Assembly: GCA_039589295.1 (NCBI GenBank) | Contig: JBDHHR010000001.1 | Coordinates: 28,058-92,057, forward strand | Length of the DNA: 64,000 nt | Direction: 5' to 3' | From: Gemmatimonadota bacterium | GTDB taxonomy: Bacteria > Gemmatimonadota > Gemmatimonadetes > Palauibacterales > Palauibacteraceae | Shown here: piece after piece, positions 1 to 10,713 of the stretch | Layout of the letters: every line of letters begins with the position of its first letter | How positions within the stretch are numbered: the stretch's first letter is position 1 | Translations under genes and position numbers: made by a program | Notes under the pieces: model-generated | Told to the model about the DNA's origin: nothing | Seen by the model: the letters and a program-made list of their open reading frames with translations, nothing else | The model's database searches: none

Positions 1-61
1 TGCTGGTATCGCTGTACCGGTGGGTCTTCAGCACCACGCAGCGTGTCGTTACGATGGGCAC
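1..61 (-). CDS. recO: DNA repair protein RecO, N-terminal fragment (runs off the left edge)
   Basis: Not in the ORF track. GTG at 61 reads MPIVTTRCVVLKTHRYSDTS, which resembles the RecO N-terminal OB-fold start (xxxVL+xxxYxExSK). Only 20 codons are visible. Confidence 0.6.
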   Translation of the reverse strand, partial: MPIVTTRCVVLKTHRYSDTS

Positions 62-105
62 CCTGCGAAGCTACCGGTCTCCCTGGACCCCGGCAACGCG
101 CCAGT

Positions 106-1227
106 TCACTCCAGGAGACGTATGTCTGTCGTTCCGAAACCGGAGGGAACCTCGGACAGGGCTCTACCCTCGGAATCAAGAAGCAATAGCCGTCCGGCCT
201 CGGCAAAACTGAACGTGGCGCACAACAACCTGCGGTCCGCCAGGGCGGTCGCCGTCCAGCAATCTACTCTGCTGCCAGCGGCATCCCTTATCCGGATCGG
301 GTTGTCGGGACCCCTCTGGAAAGCCCCGGTCGCGGGATCGAAGCGTAGCAGATCGATGGTGACGAAGTCGGTGGTCGAAGTTACGTAAATGAGACCGTCC
401 CGTCCCGACTCGAGACCGATACCGTTGCCGTCCAGCGGCACGGGCACCGACAGGCTTTCATCAGCCACGTCTATCGTCACGATCGCCCCGTTTCCGTCCG
501 GCGCGAACGTTACCGGGTCGAACGTTCCCCCGGCCAGCACGACCAGACGGCCTGCCGACAGCACCGCGTCCCGCGCGTTCGGCGCTCCGGCCGGCAGCTC
601 TATGATTCGCCGCACCTCGCCGGACCGTGCCAGAACGACCACTCGGCTCGGTCCCAGCGGCTGAAAAGTGAAACCTTCGTCGTCGATGTTGGCATCAACG
701 GCCCATAGCTCGTCACCTATGGGTACGACCCGCTCCACGAACGTTCCCACCGCCTCGCCAATCCGGGTGGCTACCGCCTCCCCAGGCGTTACGCGGTAGA
801 CGGCATCGCTCCCTCGCCCCCCGACCCACACGGCGCCCGATTCATCGAAGGCGGGCTGTGAAGGGTTGGCCAGGTTACCCTCCGGCTCGGGGAAGCCGCT
901 GGTCGAAACGGTGCCGGTTTCCAATTCAACGAACACCACCCGGCTGCCGCCGAAGCTGCTGATGGTGGATACCGCATGCAGACTCGAAACATCCAGCGCG
1001 TCGCCGTCGAAATTGGGACCCAGGTCCACTTTGCTCCCGGCAACGCGCACTTCCTCAGCGACCGTAAACCGTGCCATCGTCTGCCCCGTCGAGTTCAGGA
1101 CCAGCAGGTCAAACGCCTGAGGCGGCTCCGGTCCCGTGGGGCCCGAGTCCGCGCAGCCCACCAGGACTGCTGTAGTCAACCATACCGGCAGGGACGCCAA
1201 CCAGGATGCTCCCCATCTCCCTTCCAT
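106..1227 (-). CDS. Beta-propeller lipoprotein (YncE/BtuG-like), last gene of the B12 uptake operon
   Basis: Start re-set to ATG 1227 (MEGRWGASW), with purine-rich GAAGAAGG upstream. Signal peptide ends in lipobox LVGC. Repeated 4-strand blade-like segments (NPSQPAFDESGAVWV, GDELWAVD, GRLVVL, DGLIYV). Lies 39 nt downstream of the TonB receptor. Confidence 0.65.
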   Translation of the reverse strand: MEGRWGASWLASLPVWLTTAVLVGCADSGPTGPEPPQAFDLLVLNSTGQTMARFTVAEEVRVAGSKVDLGPNFDGDALDVSSLHAVSTISSFGGSRVVFVELETGTVSTSGFPEPEGNLANPSQPAFDESGAVWVGGRGSDAVYRVTPGEAVATRIGEAVGTFVERVVPIGDELWAVDANIDDEGFTFQPLGPSRVVVLARSGEVRRIIELPAGAPNARDAVLSAGRLVVLAGGTFDPVTFAPDGNGAIVTIDVADESLSVPVPLDGNGIGLESGRDGLIYVTSTTDFVTIDLLRFDPATGAFQRGPDNPIRIRDAAGSRVDCWTATALADRRLLCATFSFAEAGRLLLLDSEGRALSEVPSGFGTTDIRLLE

Positions 1228-1265
1228 TCTGCCTTCTTCCCTTGCTTGAGTGGGCTGCCGACCTA

Positions 1266-3443
1266 TCACCTCACCTGCAGGCGCACATGGAAGCGGCGGC
1301 CGGGCTCGGGAAATAGCTCGATCATCTCGAAGCGTCTGTCGAGCACGTTCTCTACGCGCAGCATTATCTCCAGTGCGAGCAGCCGGATGGGTATTCGCCG
1401 TGTCAGCGAGACGTCGACCACGGTGAAGGCCGGCAGCCTCCGAGTCGCTGCCACGCTGGTCGTCCGGGATCCAATCGACCGCAATGTGAGGCGAAGGCTT
1501 CCCCAGGGACTCCACCGCTCGGCCGCCATGAAGCCGCTCACCTCCGGCTGGTAGGGCAAGGGATTCCTGTTGCTCCCGAAACCGAGCCGGCTCCGATCAA
1601 GCGATCCAGACAGCCGAAGTCGCCACCCGGATTCTTCCGCCCGCCCCAGCTTGAGAGAGCCGTCGAGCTCCACGCCCCACGCCAGCAGATCACCCAGATT
1701 GCGTGGGCTCCAGACGGCGGTGGCACTGGCCAGCCACACAATTGGATCCGCCGTTCGGCGATAGTAGACGTCCAGCGCCCAATCGAACCTCCAACCCCCG
1801 CGGCCGAGTTCCGCCTCCACTCCGACCTCGGCGTCCAACCTTACCGTCTCCGGAACCAAGTCGGGATTCGGTTGGACCCTGTAGGCCGAGGCGAAGAACA
1901 GGTCTCCGAACGTGGGCAGGCGAAACCCCCTTCCCGCCCGCACCCACATGCTCCAGGCAGATGCCGGAACGAGCCGCAGAGCGAGCCCGGGGCTGACCGC
2001 CCATGCTCCCCGCGTCACGTCCACGCCTACCGCCGGCTCAAGAAGCAACCGCCCTGCGCGCACCGGGCGTTCCAGTGAACCGCCCGTCATGGTTCGTGGC
2101 GCCGGCTTCCCTAGTTCGTCCCCCGTAACGGACTCGTGCGAGAACCGGCCTGACAACAGGATTCCAAGCCGGTCCCCCACGGCGGTCCGTCCGCTCACGC
2201 GCCACTCGCGGGAACTCAGCACCGATTCCGGCGATTCGGCGTCGGCGACGTAAACCTGCCGGCGTGAGTGCATGGACGCATTAAGTCGGGCCCCAGCGGA
2301 TTCTGCCGACAGGAAGGCGGTCCATCCGTGCTCGGACCAGCGCGCCGACTCGAAAATGCTGGTTCCCATGCGCCCCGGTACGCCACGCTCAGCCCGATCC
2401 AGGCGGACGCTCGCGAGTACGGGTCCCATACCACCGCTGACAGCGGAGTTAACGGACCGGTAGTCTGAGTTGCCGCGGCGCTCCGTCGGCGCTCCGGGAA
2501 GAAGGCGGTTCTGGTAGGGATAGTCGTTCTCAGCCTCGGTCACGGCCACGGACAGCGATGCCCTTCCGCGCCGCCCGACTGCCGATGCGTACGCGTTCCC
2601 GAATCGGCCACCGAAGGACGACACGGCGAGACTCCCGCTGGCCGCCCGGCCGTCCGGCACGCGTGACGTGAGCAGCAGCACGGCCGCCCCCGCGCCTGGG
2701 CCGTGGCTCGCAGAGCCTACGCCGCGGACCAGTGTCGCGGTCTCCAGGGTCGATGGAGGCAGCAGCGACAGGTCCGCCCGTCCTGTCAGAGGATCGTTCA
2801 TCGGCGCGCCGTCAAGCAGCACCAGGACCCCTTCCGGTCGGCTCCCCCGGACCGTTACCGCTTGGCGGCCGCCTGCCCCTCGCTGCCGAATCGTCACGCC
2901 CGGTTGCTCCGCGAGCCACTCGCCGACCGAACCGTAGACCAGAGGACGATCGGCGAACCGAACGCGTTGTACGGAGCGGCCCGCCAGGCCGGCTACAGGT
3001 GAACCACTCGCCTTGGCCTCGATCTCCGGAAGAAGGTAGGGATCCAGCGGCAGGACGACCCTGAGGAAGCGGGCAGTCTCGCCCGCAACCTCCACGACCC
3101 GCACCGTCCGCTCGTGTCCCCACGCCTGGACTATGATCCGATATGGCACCCCGGCGGACAGTTGCCCGACGTGTACTTGGCCCTCGGGTCGGAGCTGGAC
3201 TACGGTTCCGGCCGCGACCGATCCCTCCGACCCGAGGGCGTGTGCCTCTACAAAGGCCCCTGACAGCCTTTCCCCAGCCTCGGAGACCACTTTCACCTCG
3301 AGGAGGAACGTCGAATCTGGCGATGCAGTACCGCCTGGAGCCGTCGGCGGGACGCGAGCCTGCGCGGCGGTCACTGCAGACCCCCATGCTACCGCGGCCG
3401 TGGCGAGCATCGCGGCAAAGACCGCCGAGCCCGCCGACTTCAC
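1266..3443 (-). CDS. btuB: TonB-dependent outer-membrane receptor, probable corrinoid transporter (BtuB-like)
   Basis: Signal peptide, carboxypeptidase-regulatory-like N-domain, plug motif (PGVTIRQRGAGG...VRGSRPEGVLVLLDG), barrel end (RVENVLDRRF...PGRRFHVRLQV). GTGA-coupled to the ABC ATPase inside a cobalamin riboswitch operon. Confidence 0.8.
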   Translation of the reverse strand: MKSAGSAVFAAMLATAAVAWGSAVTAAQARVPPTAPGGTASPDSTFLLEVKVVSEAGERLSGAFVEAHALGSEGSVAAGTVVQLRPEGQVHVGQLSAGVPYRIIVQAWGHERTVRVVEVAGETARFLRVVLPLDPYLLPEIEAKASGSPVAGLAGRSVQRVRFADRPLVYGSVGEWLAEQPGVTIRQRGAGGRQAVTVRGSRPEGVLVLLDGAPMNDPLTGRADLSLLPPSTLETATLVRGVGSASHGPGAGAAVLLLTSRVPDGRAASGSLAVSSFGGRFGNAYASAVGRRGRASLSVAVTEAENDYPYQNRLLPGAPTERRGNSDYRSVNSAVSGGMGPVLASVRLDRAERGVPGRMGTSIFESARWSEHGWTAFLSAESAGARLNASMHSRRQVYVADAESPESVLSSREWRVSGRTAVGDRLGILLSGRFSHESVTGDELGKPAPRTMTGGSLERPVRAGRLLLEPAVGVDVTRGAWAVSPGLALRLVPASAWSMWVRAGRGFRLPTFGDLFFASAYRVQPNPDLVPETVRLDAEVGVEAELGRGGWRFDWALDVYYRRTADPIVWLASATAVWSPRNLGDLLAWGVELDGSLKLGRAEESGWRLRLSGSLDRSRLGFGSNRNPLPYQPEVSGFMAAERWSPWGSLRLTLRSIGSRTTSVAATRRLPAFTVVDVSLTRRIPIRLLALEIMLRVENVLDRRFEMIELFPEPGRRFHVRLQVR

Positions 3444-4243
3444 CCGCGGTCTCCGTGGATGGGCGGCCCGTTCAGCGGCATCGCCTGCGGTCCCACGGAC
3501 CGCACTGTCTCCACGGCGATCGGCCAGCGAAAGGCCTCCTCGAGGTTGCTGGCCGTAAACACATGCTCGACGGCTCCCTGACCCAGCACGACACCATCTC
3601 GCAGGAGTAGAAGCCGATCCGCAAAGCGGGCTGCCAAGTTAATGTTGTGGGTTACGGTGATCACCGTAACTGACTGTTGTATCACTAGTTGCGTGGCCAA
3701 GCGAAAGATCTCCATCTCGTGCGCCAGATCCAGGTGCGCGGTCGGCTCATCGAGGAGAAGACATTCGGGCTGCTGCGCAAGCGCGCGGGCCACCCGGGCC
3801 CGCTGCAGCTCGCCTCCGGAAAGCCGGGAGATCGGTCGGGCATCCAGACCCAGCAGGTCTGTGAGACGCAAGGCCTCATCCACGATGGAGTGATCCAGGT
3901 CCCCGAGTCCCGCCCACGGCCGGAGATAGGGATGGCGTCCCATGCAAACGAGCTCTCGAACAGTCAGCGGTACCGGGGAATCCGCTTCCTGCTGCACCAC
4001 TCCCACCCTTCGCGCCAGATCCCTGCGAGGCCAGCGCGCGGACGCCAGCCCGTCGAATCTTGCCTCGCCCCTCCCGCACCGCAGGCGGCCCAGCAACACC
4101 CGCAGCAGAGTGCTCTTACCAGCACCGTTGGGGCCTACAACGGCCGTATGGCGCCGCGCCGGGAAGACGGCGGTCACGTCACGCAGCGCATACCGTGTCT
4201 GCGCCGGGTACCGGAACCACACGCCGGACAGTTCGAAGCTCAC
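3440..4243 (-). CDS. btuD: ABC transporter ATP-binding protein (BtuD/FecE family)
   Basis: Start re-set to GTG 4243, overlapping the permease stop. Walker A GPNGAGKST, signature LSGGE, Walker B LLLDEPT, H-loop THNIN. Confidence 0.85.
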   Translation of the reverse strand: MSFELSGVWFRYPAQTRYALRDVTAVFPARRHTAVVGPNGAGKSTLLRVLLGRLRCGRGEARFDGLASARWPRRDLARRVGVVQQEADSPVPLTVRELVCMGRHPYLRPWAGLGDLDHSIVDEALRLTDLLGLDARPISRLSGGELQRARVARALAQQPECLLLDEPTAHLDLAHEMEIFRLATQLVIQQSVTVITVTHNINLAARFADRLLLLRDGVVLGQGAVEHVFTASNLEEAFRWPIAVETVRSVGPQAMPLNGPPIHGDRG

Positions 4244-5220
4244 GAGTAACTCCGCCTCAGCAGAAAGAGAAAGAACGGAACTCCCAGGAGGGCGGTCACG
4301 ACTCCCACCGGAATCTCGAGCGGGCTGGCCGCCGTGCGGGCGGCCGTATCGGCGAGAACCAGGACGCTGGCCCCGCCGAAGAAAGACAGCGGCACAAGGA
4401 CCCGGTGGTCGGGACCCCACAGCAGCCGCACGGCATGCGGCACCACGAGACCTACGAACCCTATTACGCCGGCGACGGATACGGCCGCAGCGGCGAGCAC
4501 CGAGGCGAGAAGATAGGCCAGGCCCTTGATCCGCTCGGTCTCGGTCCCGAGAGCAGCCGCCGTCTCCTCACCGAGTGTCAGCGCATTGAGGTGCCGACTC
4601 AGGCCGAAGGCCAGGGCCACCGCCGGAATCGAGTACGCAGCCAACAGCAGGGTGAGAGGCCACGAGACCCCCGCCAGGCTACCCAGGGTCCAGAAAAGGG
4701 CCGACCGGAGTGTCTCGACACGGGCCAGCGTAAGGACAAGCAGGACACAGGCACCGAAGAAGGCGCTCGTGACCACCCCTGCCAGCAGGAGGACCCTGGT
4801 GTCGAGCCGGTCGACCACCCACGCGACACGGAAGACTATGGCGATGGCGAGCAGTGCTCCGATGAGGCCTGCCACCGGCAGCACTCCCACCCCCAGTCCT
4901 CCGATTCCGAGGACCATGGCACCGACCACGCCGAGGGCGGCTCCGGCGGAGACACCCAGAAGATAAGGTTCCGCCAGCGGGTTTCTCAGCAGCGCCTGGA
5001 ACACGGCGCCGGAAACGGCCAGCGCACCGCCGGTCAGGGCGGCAGCCGCTACCCGAGGCAGACGCAGCGAAAAGAGGATCGTATGCGCGGCCCCCTCGGT
5101 ACCGCGCAAAGCGTTCCACAGGTCACGGGGACCGATGGACGCCGGGCCGACCGCCAGACCCAACAGAATGCTGCCGGCTAGAACTGCCAACACTGCCGGA
5201 AAGGCTGCCGCACGCCTCAT
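4240..5220 (-). CDS. btuC: ABC transporter permease (BtuC/FecCD family)
   Basis: Start ATG 5220 (ATGA overlap). Motifs LRLPRV, QALLRNPLAEPYLLGVSAGA, LALGEE, GVIGFVGLVVPH. Confidence 0.88.
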   Translation of the reverse strand: MRRAAAFPAVLAVLAGSILLGLAVGPASIGPRDLWNALRGTEGAAHTILFSLRLPRVAAAALTGGALAVSGAVFQALLRNPLAEPYLLGVSAGAALGVVGAMVLGIGGLGVGVLPVAGLIGALLAIAIVFRVAWVVDRLDTRVLLLAGVVTSAFFGACVLLVLTLARVETLRSALFWTLGSLAGVSWPLTLLLAAYSIPAVALAFGLSRHLNALTLGEETAAALGTETERIKGLAYLLASVLAAAAVSVAGVIGFVGLVVPHAVRLLWGPDHRVLVPLSFFGGASVLVLADTAARTAASPLEIPVGVVTALLGVPFFLFLLRRSYS

Positions 5221-6137
5221 GGGCTCCCGCCGCCATGGGCCTCGAACGCCCCTGGATGCAGGACCGTGGCCAGAGCCCTGGCCGCCTGTCCGACTCTCGG
5301 CCCGAGCCGGTGGAGCAAGTCCGCATCGACCTGGACGACGGAGCCGCTCCTGACAGCTCGAACCGAGCCCCAACCTGGCCGCTGGAAAGGCGGCAGGGTG
5401 CGTCCGGACGTGCCGCTCACCGGATGGATTATGACGTCAGGGTCCCGGAAGGCTATGACCTCCAGGCTCACCGTGGGCGACGGAGCCGCCAGGTCGCCGA
5501 AGATGTTCCGGCCACCGGCGATGGCAATCAACGTGTCCAGATAACTGCCGCCCCCTGCGGTTATGATCGGCGGATAGGCGACATCGTAGTAGACAGAGAG
5601 CTTGCTTCGCCCCTTCACCGCCGCCTGGACCTCGTCAAGCTCTTCCTGGATCCGGCCCCAGAGAACGTTCGCTTCACGTTCCCTTCCGACCAGGCGGCCC
5701 AGGCGTGCAATGGTCCGACCGAGGTCCTCGAGCGTGTTGACGACAACTGCCAGCGACGGTATCCCGAGGCGGTCGAACTCGGCCACGGCGGCGGCGTTGT
5801 CCGATCCGCCGATCAGAATAGCCAGGTCCGGGTTGCGTTCCAGAACCAGCTCCGCCGCAGGTCGGATCGCATCCCCCACTGAGGCAATGCGCCGAACTTC
5901 GGGAGGATAGTCGGCGTACGCCGACCGACCGACGAGCAGATGATCCGCCTCGACCGCGAACAGGATCTCGGTGACCACCGGCACCAGTGAGACGATTCGC
6001 CGAGGTGCGTCTGGGAGGACCAGCCGGCGCCCCAAGTCGTCGGTCGTTTCCACTTCCTGGGCCGCAGCCGGCACGGCTCCGCCGGCCAGCAGCCGCAGGC
6101 AAGACAACGCGGCTGCCAGGTAAAGAGATCGCCGCAA
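5217..6137 (-). CDS. btuF: Periplasmic cobalamin-binding protein (BtuF family)
   Basis: TTG start, signal peptide, DDLGR...PRRIVSLVP..TEILFA, NPDL, LHRLGPR. First gene after the cobalamin riboswitch. Confidence 0.85.
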   Translation of the reverse strand: MRRSLYLAAALSCLRLLAGGAVPAAAQEVETTDDLGRRLVLPDAPRRIVSLVPVVTEILFAVEADHLLVGRSAYADYPPEVRRIASVGDAIRPAAELVLERNPDLAILIGGSDNAAAVAEFDRLGIPSLAVVVNTLEDLGRTIARLGRLVGREREANVLWGRIQEELDEVQAAVKGRSKLSVYYDVAYPPIITAGGGSYLDTLIAIAGGRNIFGDLAAPSPTVSLEVIAFRDPDVIIHPVSGTSGRTLPPFQRPGWGSVRAVRSGSVVQVDADLLHRLGPRVGQAARALATVLHPGAFEAHGGGSP

Positions 6138-6167
6138 AAAACCCGTCCTTTCACCGAAAGGGCGGGT
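6136..6167 (-). terminator. Riboswitch expression platform: intrinsic-terminator-like hairpin that also hides the btuF RBS
   Basis: Minus strand ACCCGCCCTTTC-GGT-GAAAGGACGGGT-TTTTT (11 of 12 bp). The 3' arm contains GAAAGGA and the U-run runs into the TTG start. Confidence 0.7.
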
Positions 6168-6240
6168 ATGACCGAGTCCCCGGGTTTACCGTGGCTCGCC
6201 CACACCCTTCCCGCGAAGAGTCGAGTGGGCAAGGACGGGT

Positions 6241-6400
6241 CACGTCTCCTGGCTCGAGGCCTCGCCGCGGCCTTCCCGGAAACTCCAGTGGCCGTACCGA
6301 GCGGCGAGTGGATCACGCGGATCCGGAAACCTCTCACAGTGGCGGGGCCGCGTCGGATTCGCACCGACTTCCGTGCACCCTTCCCTGTATTCTCGCTGTC
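6241..6400 (-). promoter_or_regulatory. Cobalamin (AdoCbl-type) riboswitch aptamer
   Basis: Minus strand has the conserved blocks GGAAGTCGGTGCGAATCCGAC, CGGCCCCGCCACTGTGA, GCCACTGG...GGGAAGG and the B12-box-like GAGCCAGGAGAC, in order, upstream of btuFCD-btuB. Confidence 0.93.
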
Positions 6401-6404
6401 GGAA

Positions 6405-6434
6405 AGTCTACCCTGACCTCAGGTAGCGACGCAA
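6405..6434 (-). promoter_or_regulatory. Putative sigma70 promoter of the btu operon
   Basis: TTGCGT-N18-TAGACT immediately 5' of the riboswitch aptamer. Confidence 0.45.
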
Positions 6435-6488
6435 GGTAGACGCAAGGTATAAGAGCGAGGAAGTGGAGACTGAGAGAGAAAAGCGGCG

Positions 6489-7490
6489 TCAGTCACCGAC
6501 GATCCCTCTCCGATCCAACCTCCAGACAAGCGCGGCGGCTGTGCCCAGGCCAATTCCCAGAACCAGCCATATCCACGCCCACCAGGTACCGTGCGTCGAC
6601 ACTTCGACGTGCACTGAAATGCTCGTACCCGCCGGGAGATCGGATCCGCTGAAGCGCTGCAGCGTTTCACCCGAGACGTCTGTTGCACGGGAACCCACCA
6701 GACCTTCCGCCCTAGCGCTCACCCCTACTCCGCCGACCATTACCGCCAGTCGCCGGGTGGTGTGCGCCAGAGCAAGTTCGAAATCGGACGTAGGCAGGAC
6801 GTACCGGACCGCGAGCCGAACCCCGGCCGGCGGTAGCCGTGAGCGTAGCTGCACGCGGCCGCCCTCGAATGTTACGGACTCCGGCGGTACCCCTCCGGGG
6901 ATGACGACAGCATCGCTCGCATCCGGAGGAAGCGGCGTCTCCCAGATCGACGAGGTCTCGGGCACCGGAACCAGAGTCTGATCCGGTCTCCCAACAATGT
7001 CCATGATCTCATCGACCCGTAGTCCGCCTCCTGGCACGGGAGAGAGCACGGCGTGGCGCATCCCGACCTCGAGATCGGGTACCGGCTGCGTGACCTGCGC
7101 CGTGTCGTAGACCACCACCTCATACGGGTCAGGAGGTGTCATGCCGTCGGGCAGCGGGGGCCCGAAATGGAGAGCTCCGGCGTGACGAGCCGCCACCAGG
7201 AAGACCGTTTCGGATCTCGCGAAATCATCCAGCACGAACCTGAACCGACCCCTGGCGTCTGCCTGGACGGAATCCACCACCTCGCCGCTGTCACTGGCCA
7301 CGCGGTGCAGCTGAACGACCGCTCCACCCGCCCCGACGGAATCGGGCGCCAGGATGACCCGGCCGGACAGCTCTTGCCCGGACAGCGGACGAACAGCAAG
7401 CAGGAGAAGCGCCGTGGCCGCCGCCGACCACGGCGGACCGCTTCTGACGAATCGGTCCAAGGGTTTTGACGGCCGCGGGGGCGACGTCAA
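6489..7490 (-). CDS. Secreted/membrane-anchored hypothetical protein with a carboxypeptidase-regulatory-like (prealbumin-like) N-domain and C-terminal TM helix
   Basis: Signal-like LLLLAVRPLSGQ, then LSGRV...GAVVQL...DARGRFRF, and a C-terminal hydrophobic helix WWAWIWLVLGIGLGTAAALVW. TTGA-coupled to the DUF151 gene. Confidence 0.6.
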   Translation of the reverse strand: MTSPPRPSKPLDRFVRSGPPWSAAATALLLLAVRPLSGQELSGRVILAPDSVGAGGAVVQLHRVASDSGEVVDSVQADARGRFRFVLDDFARSETVFLVAARHAGALHFGPPLPDGMTPPDPYEVVVYDTAQVTQPVPDLEVGMRHAVLSPVPGGGLRVDEIMDIVGRPDQTLVPVPETSSIWETPLPPDASDAVVIPGGVPPESVTFEGGRVQLRSRLPPAGVRLAVRYVLPTSDFELALAHTTRRLAVMVGGVGVSARAEGLVGSRATDVSGETLQRFSGSDLPAGTSISVHVEVSTHGTWWAWIWLVLGIGLGTAAALVWRLDRRGIVGD

Positions 7491-8032
7491 GGAGTAAACC
7501 GTCCGAAATCTTCCGGGTTCAGGCGCTTCAGGTAATCCTTGAGTTTCTCGGCCGGCTCGTCCACCTCACCCTCTCGAGCGGCGGCCCCCTGACCCCAGTC
7601 GGCAGAAGAGACGCCACTCTCGAAGCCTGCCTCCTCGATCTCTACCGCCGATCGATCCAACAGCTCGTCGTCGGCGAAGATGGGGGCCGATGCACGCAGC
7701 GCCAGAGCCACGCTGTCGCTGGGGCGGGAATCAATCGAGATCACTTCCCCGTTCCGCTGGAAGATCAGCGAGGCGTAATACGTGTTGTCCACGACTTTGG
7801 TGATCAGGACGCGGACGAGCTCGCTTCCGAGGCTTCGGACGACGATGGTGAGCAGATCGTGCGTAAGCGGCCGGGAAAACTTGATTCCGGCCAGCTCCAT
7901 TGCGATGGCGCTGGCCTCTCCCGGACCGATCCATATTGGCAGCAGCCGCTCACCGCCAATCTCCCGCAGGATAACGACGGGCGTGTTCGACGACTTGTCC
8001 AGGCCGAGACTCACGACTTCGACTTCAGTCAT
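7487..8032 (-). CDS. Bifunctional nuclease family protein (DUF151)
   Basis: Start ATG 8032 with RBS GAGGGG. Motifs PVVILRE...LPIWIGPGEASAI, RPLTHDL, IDSRPSDSVALALR. Confidence 0.9.
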   Translation of the reverse strand: MTEVEVVSLGLDKSSNTPVVILREIGGERLLPIWIGPGEASAIAMELAGIKFSRPLTHDLLTIVVRSLGSELVRVLITKVVDNTYYASLIFQRNGEVISIDSRPSDSVALALRASAPIFADDELLDRSAVEIEEAGFESGVSSADWGQGAAAREGEVDEPAEKLKDYLKRLNPEDFGRFTP

Positions 8033-8074
8033 TTCCCCTCCACACACTCAGCCTCGCGCGGCTTGGAGCGACCA

Positions 8075-10638
<2,564 letters not shown>

Positions 10639-10713
10639 TCCCGATTCGACTCCGCTGCTGATTGTACCCCCCCGCTTGAACCCCCCCGCCGGCGGCGGCA
10701 AGCTACCGGGCAC

